Shown piece after piece: positions 20,439 through 30,674 of a stretch of 64,000 nucleotides of DNA (position 1 is the stretch's first letter; every line of letters begins with the position of its first letter). This DNA is from an uncultured Chitinophagaceae bacterium. GTDB lineage: Bacteria; Bacteroidota; Ignavibacteria; UBA10030; UBA8401. Where the stretch lies: NCBI GenBank assembly GCA_964642725.1, contig CAZXQG010000005.1:16597-80596 (forward strand), read 5' to 3'. Made by a program: the position numbers and the translations under genes. A model generated the notes under the pieces. That model was not told the origin of the DNA, did not search any database, and worked only from the letters and a program-made list of their open reading frames with translations.

Positions 20439-21575
20439 ATGCATCGAATGAAAGAAATATTGCTTGCCGGGAATAGCGTCGTCATCAAGATTGGGACGAA
20501 CCTCCTGGCCGACCGGGCGAAAGGGATCAACCGCGACAGGATCGATACGATCGCGAAAAGTGTCTCCTCCCTGCAATCTCGCGGCAAGCAGGTCGCAATT
20601 GTTACATCGGGTGCGATAGGCGCGGGGATGTTATTGCTTGGAATGAAAGAACGTCCGAGGGCGATTCCCGAAAAACAGGCTGCCGCAGCCATCGGTCAGC
20701 CGATTCTCATGGAAGTATATGAGAATGCGTTCAGAAAATATCACTGTACGATTGCCCAAATTCTTTTGACAAAGGATGATTTCGTCAACAGGGCGCGGTA
20801 TATCAACACCAAGAACACATTCTCTGCCTTGTTCGAAAAAGGAGCCGTCCCGATCGTCAACGAGAATGATACCGTAGCCGTAGAGGAAATCAAGCTCGGG
20901 GATAACGATAATCTTTCGGCCCTTGTTGCCAACCTTATCGAAGCAGACCTGCTGATTATCCTCAGCGATGTCGATGGACTTTTTTCAGATAACCCGACGA
21001 GAAATCCGAAAGCTCAATTGATTTCCGTTGTGGACAAGGTTACGCCAAATGTTGAAAAACTGGCGAAGAAGCATGGCAGTGAAATGAGCACCGGCGGGAT
21101 GTTTACCAAGGTCCAAGCAGCGAAGCAATGCGTTTCCGCGGGAATTCCCGTCATCATCGCAAACGGAACGAATCCCGGCATTCTCGATGAAATCTTCGCC
21201 GGCAAGAATTCAGGAACGCTGTTCCTGCCCGCAAACAATAAAATGAATGTGCGAAAAAAGTGGATCGGATTTGTGTCGGATTCAAAAGGGGTCGTCGTTG
21301 TTGACGGCGGGGCAAAAAGCGCTTTACTCATAAAACAAAAAAGTCTTCTTCCATCCGGAGTTCTGGAAGTGCGTGGAGAGTTTGAGACGGACGATACGAT
21401 TTCAGTCGTAGACACGGAAGGAAATGAAATTGCACGGGGCGTTGCGGGATATGCATCATCCGACCTCAATAAAATTAAGGGGAAGAAAACCAGCGAGATT
21501 CAGAAAACCCTAAACCGGAAAGGCAGCGACGAAGTCATTCACCGTAATAATCTTGTGTTGATTGGAACAGAATAA
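20439..21575 (+). CDS. proB: Glutamate 5-kinase (with C-terminal PUA domain)
   Basis: VVIKIGTNLL…; amino acid kinase fold plus PUA. Start may be MKEILLAG at 20448. Confidence 0.9.
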   Translation: MHRMKEILLAGNSVVIKIGTNLLADRAKGINRDRIDTIAKSVSSLQSRGKQVAIVTSGAIGAGMLLLGMKERPRAIPEKQAAAAIGQPILMEVYENAFRKYHCTIAQILLTKDDFVNRARYINTKNTFSALFEKGAVPIVNENDTVAVEEIKLGDNDNLSALVANLIEADLLIILSDVDGLFSDNPTRNPKAQLISVVDKVTPNVEKLAKKHGSEMSTGGMFTKVQAAKQCVSAGIPVIIANGTNPGILDEIFAGKNSGTLFLPANNKMNVRKKWIGFVSDSKGVVVVDGGAKSALLIKQKSLLPSGVLEVRGEFETDDTISVVDTEGNEIARGVAGYASSDLNKIKGKKTSEIQKTLNRKGSDEVIHRNNLVLIGTE

Positions 21576-22828
21576 TGGCCGCCGGCAACGTCCCCAAAAA
21601 AGCCAGATCGGTAAAAGAAGCAAGCAGCGTATTGTACAATTGCTCATCACGGCAGAAGAACGCCTTGCTCAAAGCGATTGTCTTTCGACTACGCGATCAA
21701 ATTCCAGAGATTCTCCAAGCGAACAAAAAGGATCTCAAAAGCGCCGCAGCCGCAAAGTTATCAGACGTGTTAACAGATCGCCTCACATTGAATGAACAAC
21801 GGATAGCGCAAATGATGGAAGGGGTAAAGGACGTCATTAAATTAAGCGACGCCGTCGGCACTGTAGTCGAGAAAATAAAGAGACCGAATGGACTCTGTAT
21901 AGAGAAAATGCGAGTTCCCCTGGGTGCAGTGGGTATTATTTACGAATCGCGGCCTAATGTGACAATCGATGCGGCAGCGCTCTGCCTAAAATCCGGAAAT
22001 GCAGTATTGCTTCGCGGAGGTTCCGAAGCAATCCACACAAACAAAAAACTTGTTGCCGTTATCAAAACAGCGCTGAACGAGGTCGACCTTCCTGCGGGCT
22101 GCGTCGAGTTTATTGATACCACGGACCGAGCCGCAGTGCTGGAGATGTTGAAGCAAGAAAAATATCTCGACGTGGTCATTCCCCGAGGGAGTCAGCAACT
22201 GATCAGTTTTATTCAGGCAAACTCCTCCGTGCCCGTAATCGCACACGGCGAGGGCAATTGCCATATCTATGTGGACAACTCTGCCGACATTGCAATGGCA
22301 GAAGAGATTGTCTTCAATGCTAAAGTCCAAAGGCCGTCAGTCTGCAACGCTGCTGAAAAACTGTTAGTCCACAGTTCCATTGCCGCACAATTCCTTCCTC
22401 GCGTAGCACGAAGGCTATCGCGCGCGGGAGTTGAAATCAGAGGGGACAAAGAAACGCTTGCATTTGTTGAGAATGCAATTCCTGCTGCACAAACCGATTG
22501 GAGTAAAGAATATCTGGACTTGATCATCGCAATAAAAGTAGTAAAAAACCTCGATGCAGCGATCATGCATATCAACCGGTACGGTTCACACCATTCCGAT
22601 GCGATCGTCACGCAAAACACAAGTCATGGCGAACGATTCTTACGGGAGGTCGATTCGGCCGCTGTGTATGTGAACGCTTCGACGCGGTTTACCGATGGTT
22701 TTGAATTCGGCCTTGGCGCGGAAATAGGGATAAGCACGCAAAAGCTTCATGCGCGCGGTCCGATGGGACTCGTCGATCTGACAAGCATTAAGTACGTCGT
22801 TCACGGGAAGGGACAGATCAGAAAGTAG
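21575..22828 (+). CDS. proA: Gamma-glutamyl phosphate reductase
   Basis: ALDH-like ProA blocks, catalytic Cys region (VCNAAEKLLVH). Its start overlaps the proB stop. Confidence 0.9.
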   Translation: MAAGNVPKKARSVKEASSVLYNCSSRQKNALLKAIVFRLRDQIPEILQANKKDLKSAAAAKLSDVLTDRLTLNEQRIAQMMEGVKDVIKLSDAVGTVVEKIKRPNGLCIEKMRVPLGAVGIIYESRPNVTIDAAALCLKSGNAVLLRGGSEAIHTNKKLVAVIKTALNEVDLPAGCVEFIDTTDRAAVLEMLKQEKYLDVVIPRGSQQLISFIQANSSVPVIAHGEGNCHIYVDNSADIAMAEEIVFNAKVQRPSVCNAAEKLLVHSSIAAQFLPRVARRLSRAGVEIRGDKETLAFVENAIPAAQTDWSKEYLDLIIAIKVVKNLDAAIMHINRYGSHHSDAIVTQNTSHGERFLREVDSAAVYVNASTRFTDGFEFGLGAEIGISTQKLHARGPMGLVDLTSIKYVVHGKGQIRK

Positions 22829-22900
22829 GAATTTAAGAGCCAGGAGTATGCCGAAGAATTCGCTTCACTGTTTGCTCATTGTTGATTGTTCATTGATGTT

Positions 22901-24658
22901 TCACTCAACGCATTTCATCACAACAAGTGTGATATCGTCGGATTGCGGCGCGCCAGAAGTGTAGCGCGCAATTTCGTTTTGAATTTCATCGAGAGTGCGC
23001 TGAGCTGTCAGCGGGCCGATAGTTCGCAAAAACTCTTCAACCTTCTCTTCTGTATAATCAACCCCTTCGACATTCATCGCTTCGCTTATTCCGTCGGTGA
23101 ACATGACAACGACGTCTCCGGGAAATAGCTGAACGTCTCCCTCGATGTACGGCGCCGCCTCTCTCGTCACGCCGAGAATAATTCCCCCTTCCTTCAGCCT
23201 TTCGATTGACTTGTTCTTCCGCACAACGAAAGGATAATTATGACCCGCATTTACATAACGGAACATTTTAGTGACCGGATCAAAAATTCCCCAGCAAAAG
23301 GTGATGAATTTATCGCTGCCGGTATTGTCGCAAATGAGGCGGTTCACCCGCGAAGTCATTTCAGAGAGAGGAAGATCGAAATGAACAAGCGTTCGGATCG
23401 TTGCCTGGACATTCGCCATCAAAAGCGAAGCGGGCGCCCCTTTGCCCGACACATCACCGATGGCTATTACGCAACGCCCGCCTTCCAGAACAACGACGTC
23501 GTAGTAGTCCCCGCCAACCTGCTTTGAGGAGATGTTCAAGGCCGCAAGATCCAGTCCCGGAATTTTCGGCAGTGAACGTGGAAGCAGGCCTTTTTGAATC
23601 TCGCGGGCGATGTTCAATTCATTTTCCATCTTTTGCTTTTCGACAGCTTCGTAAAAGAGGCGCGTGTTTTCCAATGAAATGATGGCGAGATTTCCAAGAC
23701 TGTAGATGAACTCCAGGTCCGAATCCGAGTACACTCCTCCGCGAAGCCGCTCGCCAAGGCACAACATCCCTTTCACTTCATTCTGCACCTGAAGCGGAAT
23801 AAGAGCAACGATCCCCTGCTCCTCACAGGCCTCCCGAAGAGTCAACAAAACTTTTTTTCGCTGAAGGTCAGATACTAACACGGGTGAAGTGATGTTTTCG
23901 AACAGCACCTGCTTGTATTCTGAAAAATCCTGTGTATTGATCCGCGAAGCAACGGTCTCGCCGTTCCGGAGAAACACTGCATAGCGGCTTGCCCCCACTT
24001 GCCCCATCAGCGTAAACGTGAAAAGCTTCAACAGCTTTTCCCTGTCAAAAATAGCGTTGAACTCTTTGCTGAGCTCGAACAGCGTGCGCAATTCCTGGAC
24101 TTTTTCGTCGAGTGCCCGGTTGACATTCTTCACTTCCCCGAAGGCAATTCCTTTTTCAATCGCCGCTGCGGAGATGCTGATAATTGCCTCGACAAAACCT
24201 TTCTCCTCTGTCGTCAGTTTTTCTTTGCTCACACGTTTGCCTATCCCAAAAAACCCCAGGACGATGCCGTGAGATACGATCGGAAACATCCTCACAATGC
24301 CGATTTTGAAAAGCTGCACCTCATCGGGGCTCATGGTATGGGAAAGGGCAAAGCTCCTTCGTGGAACGCGCGGGAAAACAAATTCTTTTGAAGCAAACTC
24401 AACGGGAATTCCTTTAGAGTTTTCTATACGGAAGTGCTTCTCTTTCGTTTTAATGAGCACAACGCTCTTAGACATCAGGAGTTTCCCCATCAATGTTAAG
24501 AGAACGGTTCCGAGTATGAATTTCAGGTCGAGGGAAGAATTCACAATGTTGCTGAATTCAAACAACGGCGTAATATCGGCAAGGCGATTGATGTTCGGCG
24601 AATGCGTGGAAGGCTTCAAAAGGAACGATCCTTGGCGTTCATAATTCGGATGCCTCAT
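22901..24658 (-). CDS. PP2C-family serine phosphatase with tandem N-terminal GAF domains (RsbU/SpoIIE-type)
   Basis: C-terminal PPM blocks GGDYYDVV, GDVSGKGAPASLLMA, VNAGHNYPF, MFTDGISEA; N-terminal ~350 aa are GAF-like. Confidence 0.8.
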   Translation of the reverse strand: MRHPNYERQGSFLLKPSTHSPNINRLADITPLFEFSNIVNSSLDLKFILGTVLLTLMGKLLMSKSVVLIKTKEKHFRIENSKGIPVEFASKEFVFPRVPRRSFALSHTMSPDEVQLFKIGIVRMFPIVSHGIVLGFFGIGKRVSKEKLTTEEKGFVEAIISISAAAIEKGIAFGEVKNVNRALDEKVQELRTLFELSKEFNAIFDREKLLKLFTFTLMGQVGASRYAVFLRNGETVASRINTQDFSEYKQVLFENITSPVLVSDLQRKKVLLTLREACEEQGIVALIPLQVQNEVKGMLCLGERLRGGVYSDSDLEFIYSLGNLAIISLENTRLFYEAVEKQKMENELNIAREIQKGLLPRSLPKIPGLDLAALNISSKQVGGDYYDVVVLEGGRCVIAIGDVSGKGAPASLLMANVQATIRTLVHFDLPLSEMTSRVNRLICDNTGSDKFITFCWGIFDPVTKMFRYVNAGHNYPFVVRKNKSIERLKEGGIILGVTREAAPYIEGDVQLFPGDVVVMFTDGISEAMNVEGVDYTEEKVEEFLRTIGPLTAQRTLDEIQNEIARYTSGAPQSDDITLVVMKCVE

Positions 24659-24684
24659 TCGATGTCAATGAGGGGCAAGAATTC

Positions 24685-25122
24685 TTAGTGGAGATATTTA
24701 ATAAGTCTCACGACGTTCTTTTTAGGATGAATCGTGTACTCCACTTTATCCATCAACTTCTTCATCAAATACATTCCCAATCCGCCCCGTTTGTAGTGAG
24801 ACATGTACTCTTTCATGTTCGGGACCGGTATCTGGTTGGGATTAAAATGTTTTCCATGATCCTCGATAAGAATTTCAAACTCCGGCTTTTTCATCGAAAC
24901 GACAATGTCAATTTGCTTGTCCGCGGCATAGCTGTAGGCGTGCTTGATAATGTTCGTACATGCTTCATCAACAGCGAGGGCAATATTGTTGACGTCATCT
25001 TCCTTAAAGCCGAAGACCTTTGCCGCATCGGCGACAAATTCGCGCGCCATGTTCAGCTTCTCCGTCTGGCTTGGAATGCGCAAATTCAATCGAGTTGTCT
25101 TTTGATTACCGCCGCTGGTCAA
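24685..25122 (-). CDS. RsbW/SpoIIAB-like anti-sigma-factor serine kinase (HATPase_c)
   Basis: 145 aa. GHKL ATPase N-box (DEACTNIIKHAY) and G-box (GGLGMYLM). Confidence 0.75.
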   Translation of the reverse strand: MTSGGNQKTTRLNLRIPSQTEKLNMAREFVADAAKVFGFKEDDVNNIALAVDEACTNIIKHAYSYAADKQIDIVVSMKKPEFEILIEDHGKHFNPNQIPVPNMKEYMSHYKRGGLGMYLMKKLMDKVEYTIHPKKNVVRLIKYLH

Positions 25123-25160
25123 CGTTCCAATCTCCTTTTTCCCGTGAGGTTCATGGTTTC

Positions 25161-25526
25161 CTACTTGCTCGATTGTTTCTTTGCATCGAACTTTTTCACC
25201 GCCTCGTGTTCATCGGTGAAGATTTCGTACAACATCGGAAAACCGAGAAGGTCGAAGATATTGTAGACTTTCGGCGACATGTTGGACATCTTGATGTCTC
25301 CCCCACCCGTCCGCACATCCTCGATGAAGGCCATAAACACTCCCAGCCCCGCGCTGGAAATGTATGCCAGGTCCTTGCAATTGACCAAGATATTTAGTTT
25401 CTCTTCTTTGATGAGTTTTTGAAATGCCTCTTCAAGGTTTGGGGCGGTATGCGCATCCAAATATCCCTTCAAGTCCATGACATGGACTTTTCCGCTCACC
25501 CGAAATGAAATCTTGAATTCGTTCAT
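25161..25526 (-). CDS. STAS-domain anti-anti-sigma-factor (RsbV/SpoIIAA-like)
   Basis: STAS fold pattern with conserved phospho-Ser context (LAYISSAGLGVF). Confidence 0.75.
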   Translation of the reverse strand: MNEFKISFRVSGKVHVMDLKGYLDAHTAPNLEEAFQKLIKEEKLNILVNCKDLAYISSAGLGVFMAFIEDVRTGGGDIKMSNMSPKVYNIFDLLGFPMLYEIFTDEHEAVKKFDAKKQSSK

Positions 25527-25565
25527 CTGATAACTCCTCACAATAATAGTTGAAAATCGTCTCTC

Positions 25566-27662
25566 TCACCGTGGCGCTCCCTTCCATTTCACCACGAACA
25601 CAGTGAGATCATCATCATATCCTTGAGCGTCCGTGTAACTCCAGACGCGTTGAATGATTTCTTCCTTAATCTCTTCCGCAGAATGCGAGCGCTTTTCTTG
25701 AACAACGCTCATCAAACGCTCGTAGCCGAATTCTTCTCCCGCTGAGGAGCGCGATTCCGTAACGCCATCCGTATAAAAAACGCAGACATCCCCCTTATTC
25801 ATCATGATCCTTTTTTCTTCAAGCGAGTCTTCGAATAACATTCCGGCACTCAACCCTAAACCCATGCCGGTCGGTGTAATGTACTCAATCGAGGCAGAAG
25901 TTGCATACAACATCGGGCAATGTCCGGCTCGGCTGAGAACAAGCTCCCCTGTCGAAACATCGAGGACGGCATAAATTAAACTAATAAAAGATCGTTTGTC
26001 AATGCTCGAGATCAGCGACTGATTTGCTTTGATGAGAAATGTTCTGGGAGATGAATAAATTTTGCTGAGCGACTGGAAAATACCTTTCACTTCTGCCATA
26101 TAAAAAGCGGCTCCGACTCCTTTGCCCGAGACATCGCCGATGACGATGCCGACATGGCGGTCATCCAGTATTGCAATATCATAATAGTCGCCGCCAACTT
26201 CGAGGGCCGGTGCGGAGACAGCCTGCATTTCCACGTTCGGGAATATCGGGAGCGTTTGCGGGAGAAGGCGCTTCTGCATTTCCTGTGCGAGTAGTAATTC
26301 CCGCTGAAGACGCTCCTTTTCCAGCGACCGTTGAATCAATGTTGCGTTCTCGATCGCAATGGTCACTTGGTCGGCAAACCCGGACAACACTTCGATGTCG
26401 TCTTGGTCAAAACCGAAATCCATTTGTTTCGTCGCGTAAAGGATTCCTATCAGATTTTGATGCGACACCAGCGGCACCACCAAAAGCGATCCGACCTTCT
26501 TGAGCTTTGTCATATATTTCGTGCGACGGTCGGTGCTCACATCATCGATGAGCAGGACTTTTTTTGAGGAGAATACGAGCGAGCGGATCGAAACCTGATC
26601 GCCGAATAAGATCGTCTGGATATCCTCGGTTGAAATATTCCTCGCAGAGACAATTCCATTGCTGGCGTGGGAGGATTTTCTCTCTCCTTCGTTTGGAAAA
26701 ACTTCCAGCCACGAACTCGACGCCTCACAAACCTCAAAGGTCATCTTCGTGACAGTCTCCGCCAATTCGTTAAGGTCAAACACCTGCGTAATGAGCCTGC
26801 TGAGGTTGTGGAGCGAACTCAATTCGGTCTGTTTCCGGTCGAAGGCTTCTGCCGTCGGCAAATGGAAGAGTGTGCTGATGAATGCCATTCCAAAATACAC
26901 GGCGCCGAACAACGAGGTCAATTGAACAAACGTGTGCAGCGGATAACTGAAATAGAGGAGTGCCTTTGCCAAAAACGGTTTGTCTGAAATGGAGAGAAGA
27001 ATGTTGACCGCCATGAAAGCAAAAAAAGCGAGCAAGGCGTAGACCATCGCATAAATCTTCTCACGACGCGACAGGTACGCGATCCATGACAATCGGAACG
27101 AGTTAACGATAATCATGACGACGGCAAGAACAAAAAAGACGGTCGTGTAAACCGACAGCTCGAGCGGCCGGAGGTTGATCGTCGTCGCAGATGCTAGGAA
27201 GAAAAAGATCAGCAGAATCCAAAAATTGCGCCGCGTCCCTTTTTTCCTTTTATACAACAGCATGTCCTTGATATTGAGCATTGTCATAACCGCCACAATG
27301 CCGGCAGCGATGCTCAGAACGGTGGAAAAAAGAATGGTGATATAATCGCGGGGAAATAATTTGAACGCCCGAGTTTCAAATTCATTGAAGTGCAGCACAC
27401 TTGCAGTGATCGACAGGGCGACAAAGATTCCAGCCCATGCAGCAACCCGACCGATTCGCTGAATCATTGTGAACTGGCGTTCTTTTCTCAGCGTTTCGAT
27501 GTAGAATGTGCAGAGAATAAAAGCAAGAATAACTAACGCTCCGCGGCCAACGGAAAAATTTCCGAGCTCAGCATCGAGGCTCTTCATCGTGGCATCGATA
27601 ATGAACACCGAGCTAAAAAGGAGAATGGAAACGAGGAGTGAAAGTAGTTTTCTAATCTTCAT
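25566..27662 (-). CDS. Polytopic membrane PP2C phosphatase (SpoIIE-like: N-terminal ~9-TM domain, GAF, C-terminal PPM)
   Basis: Hydrophobic N-terminal ~280 aa; C-terminal PPM blocks GGDYYDIA, GDVSGKGVGAAFYMA, SRAGHCPM, FYTDGVTE. Confidence 0.8.
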   Translation of the reverse strand: MKIRKLLSLLVSILLFSSVFIIDATMKSLDAELGNFSVGRGALVILAFILCTFYIETLRKERQFTMIQRIGRVAAWAGIFVALSITASVLHFNEFETRAFKLFPRDYITILFSTVLSIAAGIVAVMTMLNIKDMLLYKRKKGTRRNFWILLIFFFLASATTINLRPLELSVYTTVFFVLAVVMIIVNSFRLSWIAYLSRREKIYAMVYALLAFFAFMAVNILLSISDKPFLAKALLYFSYPLHTFVQLTSLFGAVYFGMAFISTLFHLPTAEAFDRKQTELSSLHNLSRLITQVFDLNELAETVTKMTFEVCEASSSWLEVFPNEGERKSSHASNGIVSARNISTEDIQTILFGDQVSIRSLVFSSKKVLLIDDVSTDRRTKYMTKLKKVGSLLVVPLVSHQNLIGILYATKQMDFGFDQDDIEVLSGFADQVTIAIENATLIQRSLEKERLQRELLLAQEMQKRLLPQTLPIFPNVEMQAVSAPALEVGGDYYDIAILDDRHVGIVIGDVSGKGVGAAFYMAEVKGIFQSLSKIYSSPRTFLIKANQSLISSIDKRSFISLIYAVLDVSTGELVLSRAGHCPMLYATSASIEYITPTGMGLGLSAGMLFEDSLEEKRIMMNKGDVCVFYTDGVTESRSSAGEEFGYERLMSVVQEKRSHSAEEIKEEIIQRVWSYTDAQGYDDDLTVFVVKWKGAPR

Positions 27663-27908
27663 GAAAAACGGTTGATGGAATACGTATGATACTTACTTTA
27701 CTTCGTTGAAAATGAGGGAAAGTTGCAGCCAGCCGCATCAAAAATATCGAAAAGCGGGTTGAATAACAAGGAGAAGAGAGGAGTGCTTTTCGGCCTATTT
27801 CCCCTGTTGGGTCAAAACAATTCTCAAAAATCTATTGCAAAGAATGAGAAAATTTCTTATCTTCATTGAAGAAATTAAGCATGTGAAGGAAAGGAATTTT
27901 TAGATATT

Positions 27909-28100
27909 ATGGCAAAAGTCTGTGAAATATGCGGTAAAAGGCCGATTGCGGGAAACAATGTAAGCCATGCAAACAACCGGTCTCCGCGTCGATGGCTTCC
28001 AAATCTTCAGGAAGTGCGGGCAATGGTCAACGGCTCCGTCAAGCGTGTGAGGGTATGCAGTTCTTGCTTGAAAGCAGGAAAAATTCAGAAAGCCATCTGA
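27909..28100 (+). CDS. rpmB: 50S ribosomal protein L28
   Basis: 63 aa, [12 protein letters not shown]…; terminator at 28125-28153. Confidence 0.9.
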   Translation: MAKVCEICGKRPIAGNNVSHANNRSPRRWLPNLQEVRAMVNGSVKRVRVCSSCLKAGKIQKAI

Positions 28101-28124
28101 CCAATAACGAGGTTTTAAGATTGC

Positions 28125-28153
28125 AAAGGTCATCGTCACGATGGCCTTTTTTG
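28125..28153 (+). terminator. Intrinsic terminator after rpmB
   Basis: Stem aggtcatcg/cgatggcct followed by tttttt. Confidence 0.55.
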
Positions 28154-28257
28154 TTTGTCCGGCGCCAGAACATTAATGCGATTTAATGAGCCACTTTGCC
28201 CACGCGCTTTCATTTTTCGATATAAATAGGTAGATTAGGCAGAATTGAGGAGATGAG

Positions 28258-28881
28258 ATGTCCCCACCTAATCAGCTTACACTGCTGCGAATCATTTTAA
28301 CGCCTGCATTTGCGTTACTCCTGTTTTCTGACTCTCCGACAAATAAACAGTTAGCATTGCTCGTGTATTGCCTTGCGGCGCTGACCGATTGGTACGACGG
28401 ATGGGTTGCACGGCGATGGGGCTACATTACACGGTGGGGAAAGTTTCTCGACCCGCTAGCAGACAAAGTGCTGACATCGGTTGCGTTTATTTCTTTTATC
28501 TATATCGGGTACGCAAGCGCGTGGATGGTGTGGATTATTGTTACAAGGGATATCTTTATAACGCTTCTCCGTTCATATTCTGAATACAAGGGTAAGCCGG
28601 TCGAAACAATAAAATTTGCGCGGACAAAAACATTCTTCCAACTCGTCGTCATTTACCTCTTCCTCGTCGCATACGTCATCAGAAGCTCTCCGACGCTCTA
28701 TGCCCATTACGGTATTTGGGTTGAAATTGCAGCCGCCAAAGAAATCATGTTCGGGCTGATGTTGATAGTAACAATCCTTACTGCATGGTCGGGAGTTCTC
28801 TATCTCGTCCAAAACTGGAATATCATTAAAGAATTATTCATGCCGAATGATCGAGCCGCCGAAACTGAACAACCCAACTGA
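28258..28881 (+). CDS. pgsA: CDP-diacylglycerol--glycerol-3-phosphate 3-phosphatidyltransferase
   Basis: CDP-alcohol phosphatidyltransferase motif DWYDGWVAR…GKFLDPLADK. Confidence 0.85.
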   Translation: MSPPNQLTLLRIILTPAFALLLFSDSPTNKQLALLVYCLAALTDWYDGWVARRWGYITRWGKFLDPLADKVLTSVAFISFIYIGYASAWMVWIIVTRDIFITLLRSYSEYKGKPVETIKFARTKTFFQLVVIYLFLVAYVIRSSPTLYAHYGIWVEIAAAKEIMFGLMLIVTILTAWSGVLYLVQNWNIIKELFMPNDRAAETEQPN

Positions 28882-29359
28882 CACAATCGTTGTAGAATCT
28901 CAGCCGTCGCCGGCTGTATCTCCGCTTATTAAGATTTTTGCGTCCGCTCTTTTTTCAGGCTATGCACCGTTTGCCTCTGGAACAGTGGGAACGTTGGTCG
29001 GAATTCTCATTTACCTCATCCCCTCATTTTCCCAAACAGCAATCCTGCTGCCAGCGTGCGCCTTTGTGTTCGTCCTCGGAAGCCTTGCAGCCGGTACAAT
29101 GGAAAAAGCATACGGCCATGACCCGTCGATCGTTACTATCGACGAAGTCCTGGGAATCTGGGTCAGCCTTCTCTTTCTGCCAAAATCATACGTCATTATC
29201 GCGGCTGCTTTCTTTTTCTTCCGACTATTCGACGTGCTCAAGCCGTGGCCCGCGAACGTGTTCGACAAAAGGCACGGCGGCTGGAATATCATGCTCGACG
29301 ACGTCGTTGCTGGAATATACACGAACGTCGTTCTTCAAATCGCTTTCAGAGTTTTTTAG
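28847..29359 (+). CDS. pgpA: Phosphatidylglycerophosphatase A
   Basis: PgpA pattern FSGYAPFASGTVGTL…DEVLG…FRLFDVLKPWP. The annotated start overlaps the pgsA 3' end; the true start may lie further downstream. Confidence 0.75.
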   Translation: MIEPPKLNNPTDTIVVESQPSPAVSPLIKIFASALFSGYAPFASGTVGTLVGILIYLIPSFSQTAILLPACAFVFVLGSLAAGTMEKAYGHDPSIVTIDEVLGIWVSLLFLPKSYVIIAAAFFFFRLFDVLKPWPANVFDKRHGGWNIMLDDVVAGIYTNVVLQIAFRVF

Positions 29360-29396
29360 TGCATTCAAACCTCCCAACATTTTATGGACAGTCATC

Positions 29397-30668
29397 ATGG
29401 ACGGTGAAGTCATCACCATTGGCGACGAGCTTCTCATCGGTCAAGTCATTAACACAAATCAGGCGTACATTGCCGAAAAGCTCAACACCGTAGGAGTGTT
29501 CGTCGAACGAATGACGACAGTCGGCGACAACCGGGTAGATATTCTTCGGGCGTTCCGCTCGGCGTGGGAAATGTACGACGTTGTGTGCGTTACCGGCGGA
29601 CTCGGGCCGACGCATGATGATATCACAAAAAAACTTGTTTGCGAATTTTTCACAACCGACCTGGTGAGAAACGAAGCTGTCTTTAACGACGTCAAAGCTC
29701 TTTTCGCAAAACGCAACATGGCATGGACAGCATCGGCAGAGGGGCAGGTGCTTGTTCCGCGCACATGCAAAGTCCTTCGCAACAGCAGCGGCACGGCACC
29801 GGGAATGCTTTTTGAAGAAGCAGGCAAAGAGGGAAAAAAATACTTTGTTGTGATGCCGGGAGTCCCCTTCGAAATGAAAAGCATTATGGACGAAGAGCTT
29901 CTCCCCTACTTTGAAAAAGAGCATTTCGGCACGGTCGTTCGTCATCGCACACTGAAGACAACCGGCATCGGAGAATCAACACTGGCCGCAGAAATTGGAA
30001 GTATCGATGAAGTGATCGGAACAGACGGAACCACAACACTTGCATTTCTCCCTAATCCTCTCGGCACGAAAGTGCGCATCACCGTTCGGGATAACTCCGT
30101 CGAAGCCGCAGAACGGAAATTAACGGCGGCTGAACAAAAACTGAGGACGCATGCGCAACAATACATCTACAGCTCGAACGAAATGGAACTTGAAGATGTC
30201 GTCGGAGCACTTCTGACAGAGAGAAAACTAACGATTGCCGTCGCCGAATCGTGCACAGGGGGATTGATCGCGCACCGCATTACAAACGTCTCCGGAAGTT
30301 CAAATTACTTCAAACGTGCCTTCGTCACGTATTCGAACGAGTCGAAGATTGAGACGCTGTCCGTTGCGAAAGAGCTGATCGAGCAACACGGAGCAGTGAG
30401 CTGTGAAGTTGCGTCGGCGATGGCAGCAGGAGCACGAAAGAATGCCGATGTTGACATCGCGCTTTCAACCACAGGAATTGCCGGACCAACCGGGGGAACG
30501 CCGGAAAAGCCGGTCGGTTTAGTGTGGATCGGGTATGCCGATTCAAAAGACTCCCTCGCCTTGAAATTCAATTTTAACGACCATCGCCTTCGATTCAAAG
30601 AGCGGGCGTCACAGGCCGCCCTTGAGCTGCTGAGAAGAAAGTTGTTAAAACTTGAAATTCGAAAATAG
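29397..30668 (+). CDS. cinA: CinA (competence/damage-inducible protein; MoCF-binding domain plus C-terminal PncC-like NMN deamidase domain)
   Basis: MDGEVITIGDELLIGQV…GGLGPTHDDIT (N-terminal domain) and CTGGLIAHRITNVSGSS (C-terminal domain). The 5' 459 nt of the 576-aa ORF overlap pgpA out of frame and are discarded. Confidence 0.85.
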   Translation: MDGEVITIGDELLIGQVINTNQAYIAEKLNTVGVFVERMTTVGDNRVDILRAFRSAWEMYDVVCVTGGLGPTHDDITKKLVCEFFTTDLVRNEAVFNDVKALFAKRNMAWTASAEGQVLVPRTCKVLRNSSGTAPGMLFEEAGKEGKKYFVVMPGVPFEMKSIMDEELLPYFEKEHFGTVVRHRTLKTTGIGESTLAAEIGSIDEVIGTDGTTTLAFLPNPLGTKVRITVRDNSVEAAERKLTAAEQKLRTHAQQYIYSSNEMELEDVVGALLTERKLTIAVAESCTGGLIAHRITNVSGSSNYFKRAFVTYSNESKIETLSVAKELIEQHGAVSCEVASAMAAGARKNADVDIALSTTGIAGPTGGTPEKPVGLVWIGYADSKDSLALKFNFNDHRLRFKERASQAALELLRRKLLKLEIRK

Positions 30669-30674
30669 CCCCCG

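Noticed and set aside
28938-29396. N-terminal 153 codons of the 576-aa ORF
   Set aside because: Out-of-frame overlap with pgpA. The CinA homology begins only at MDGEV (29397).
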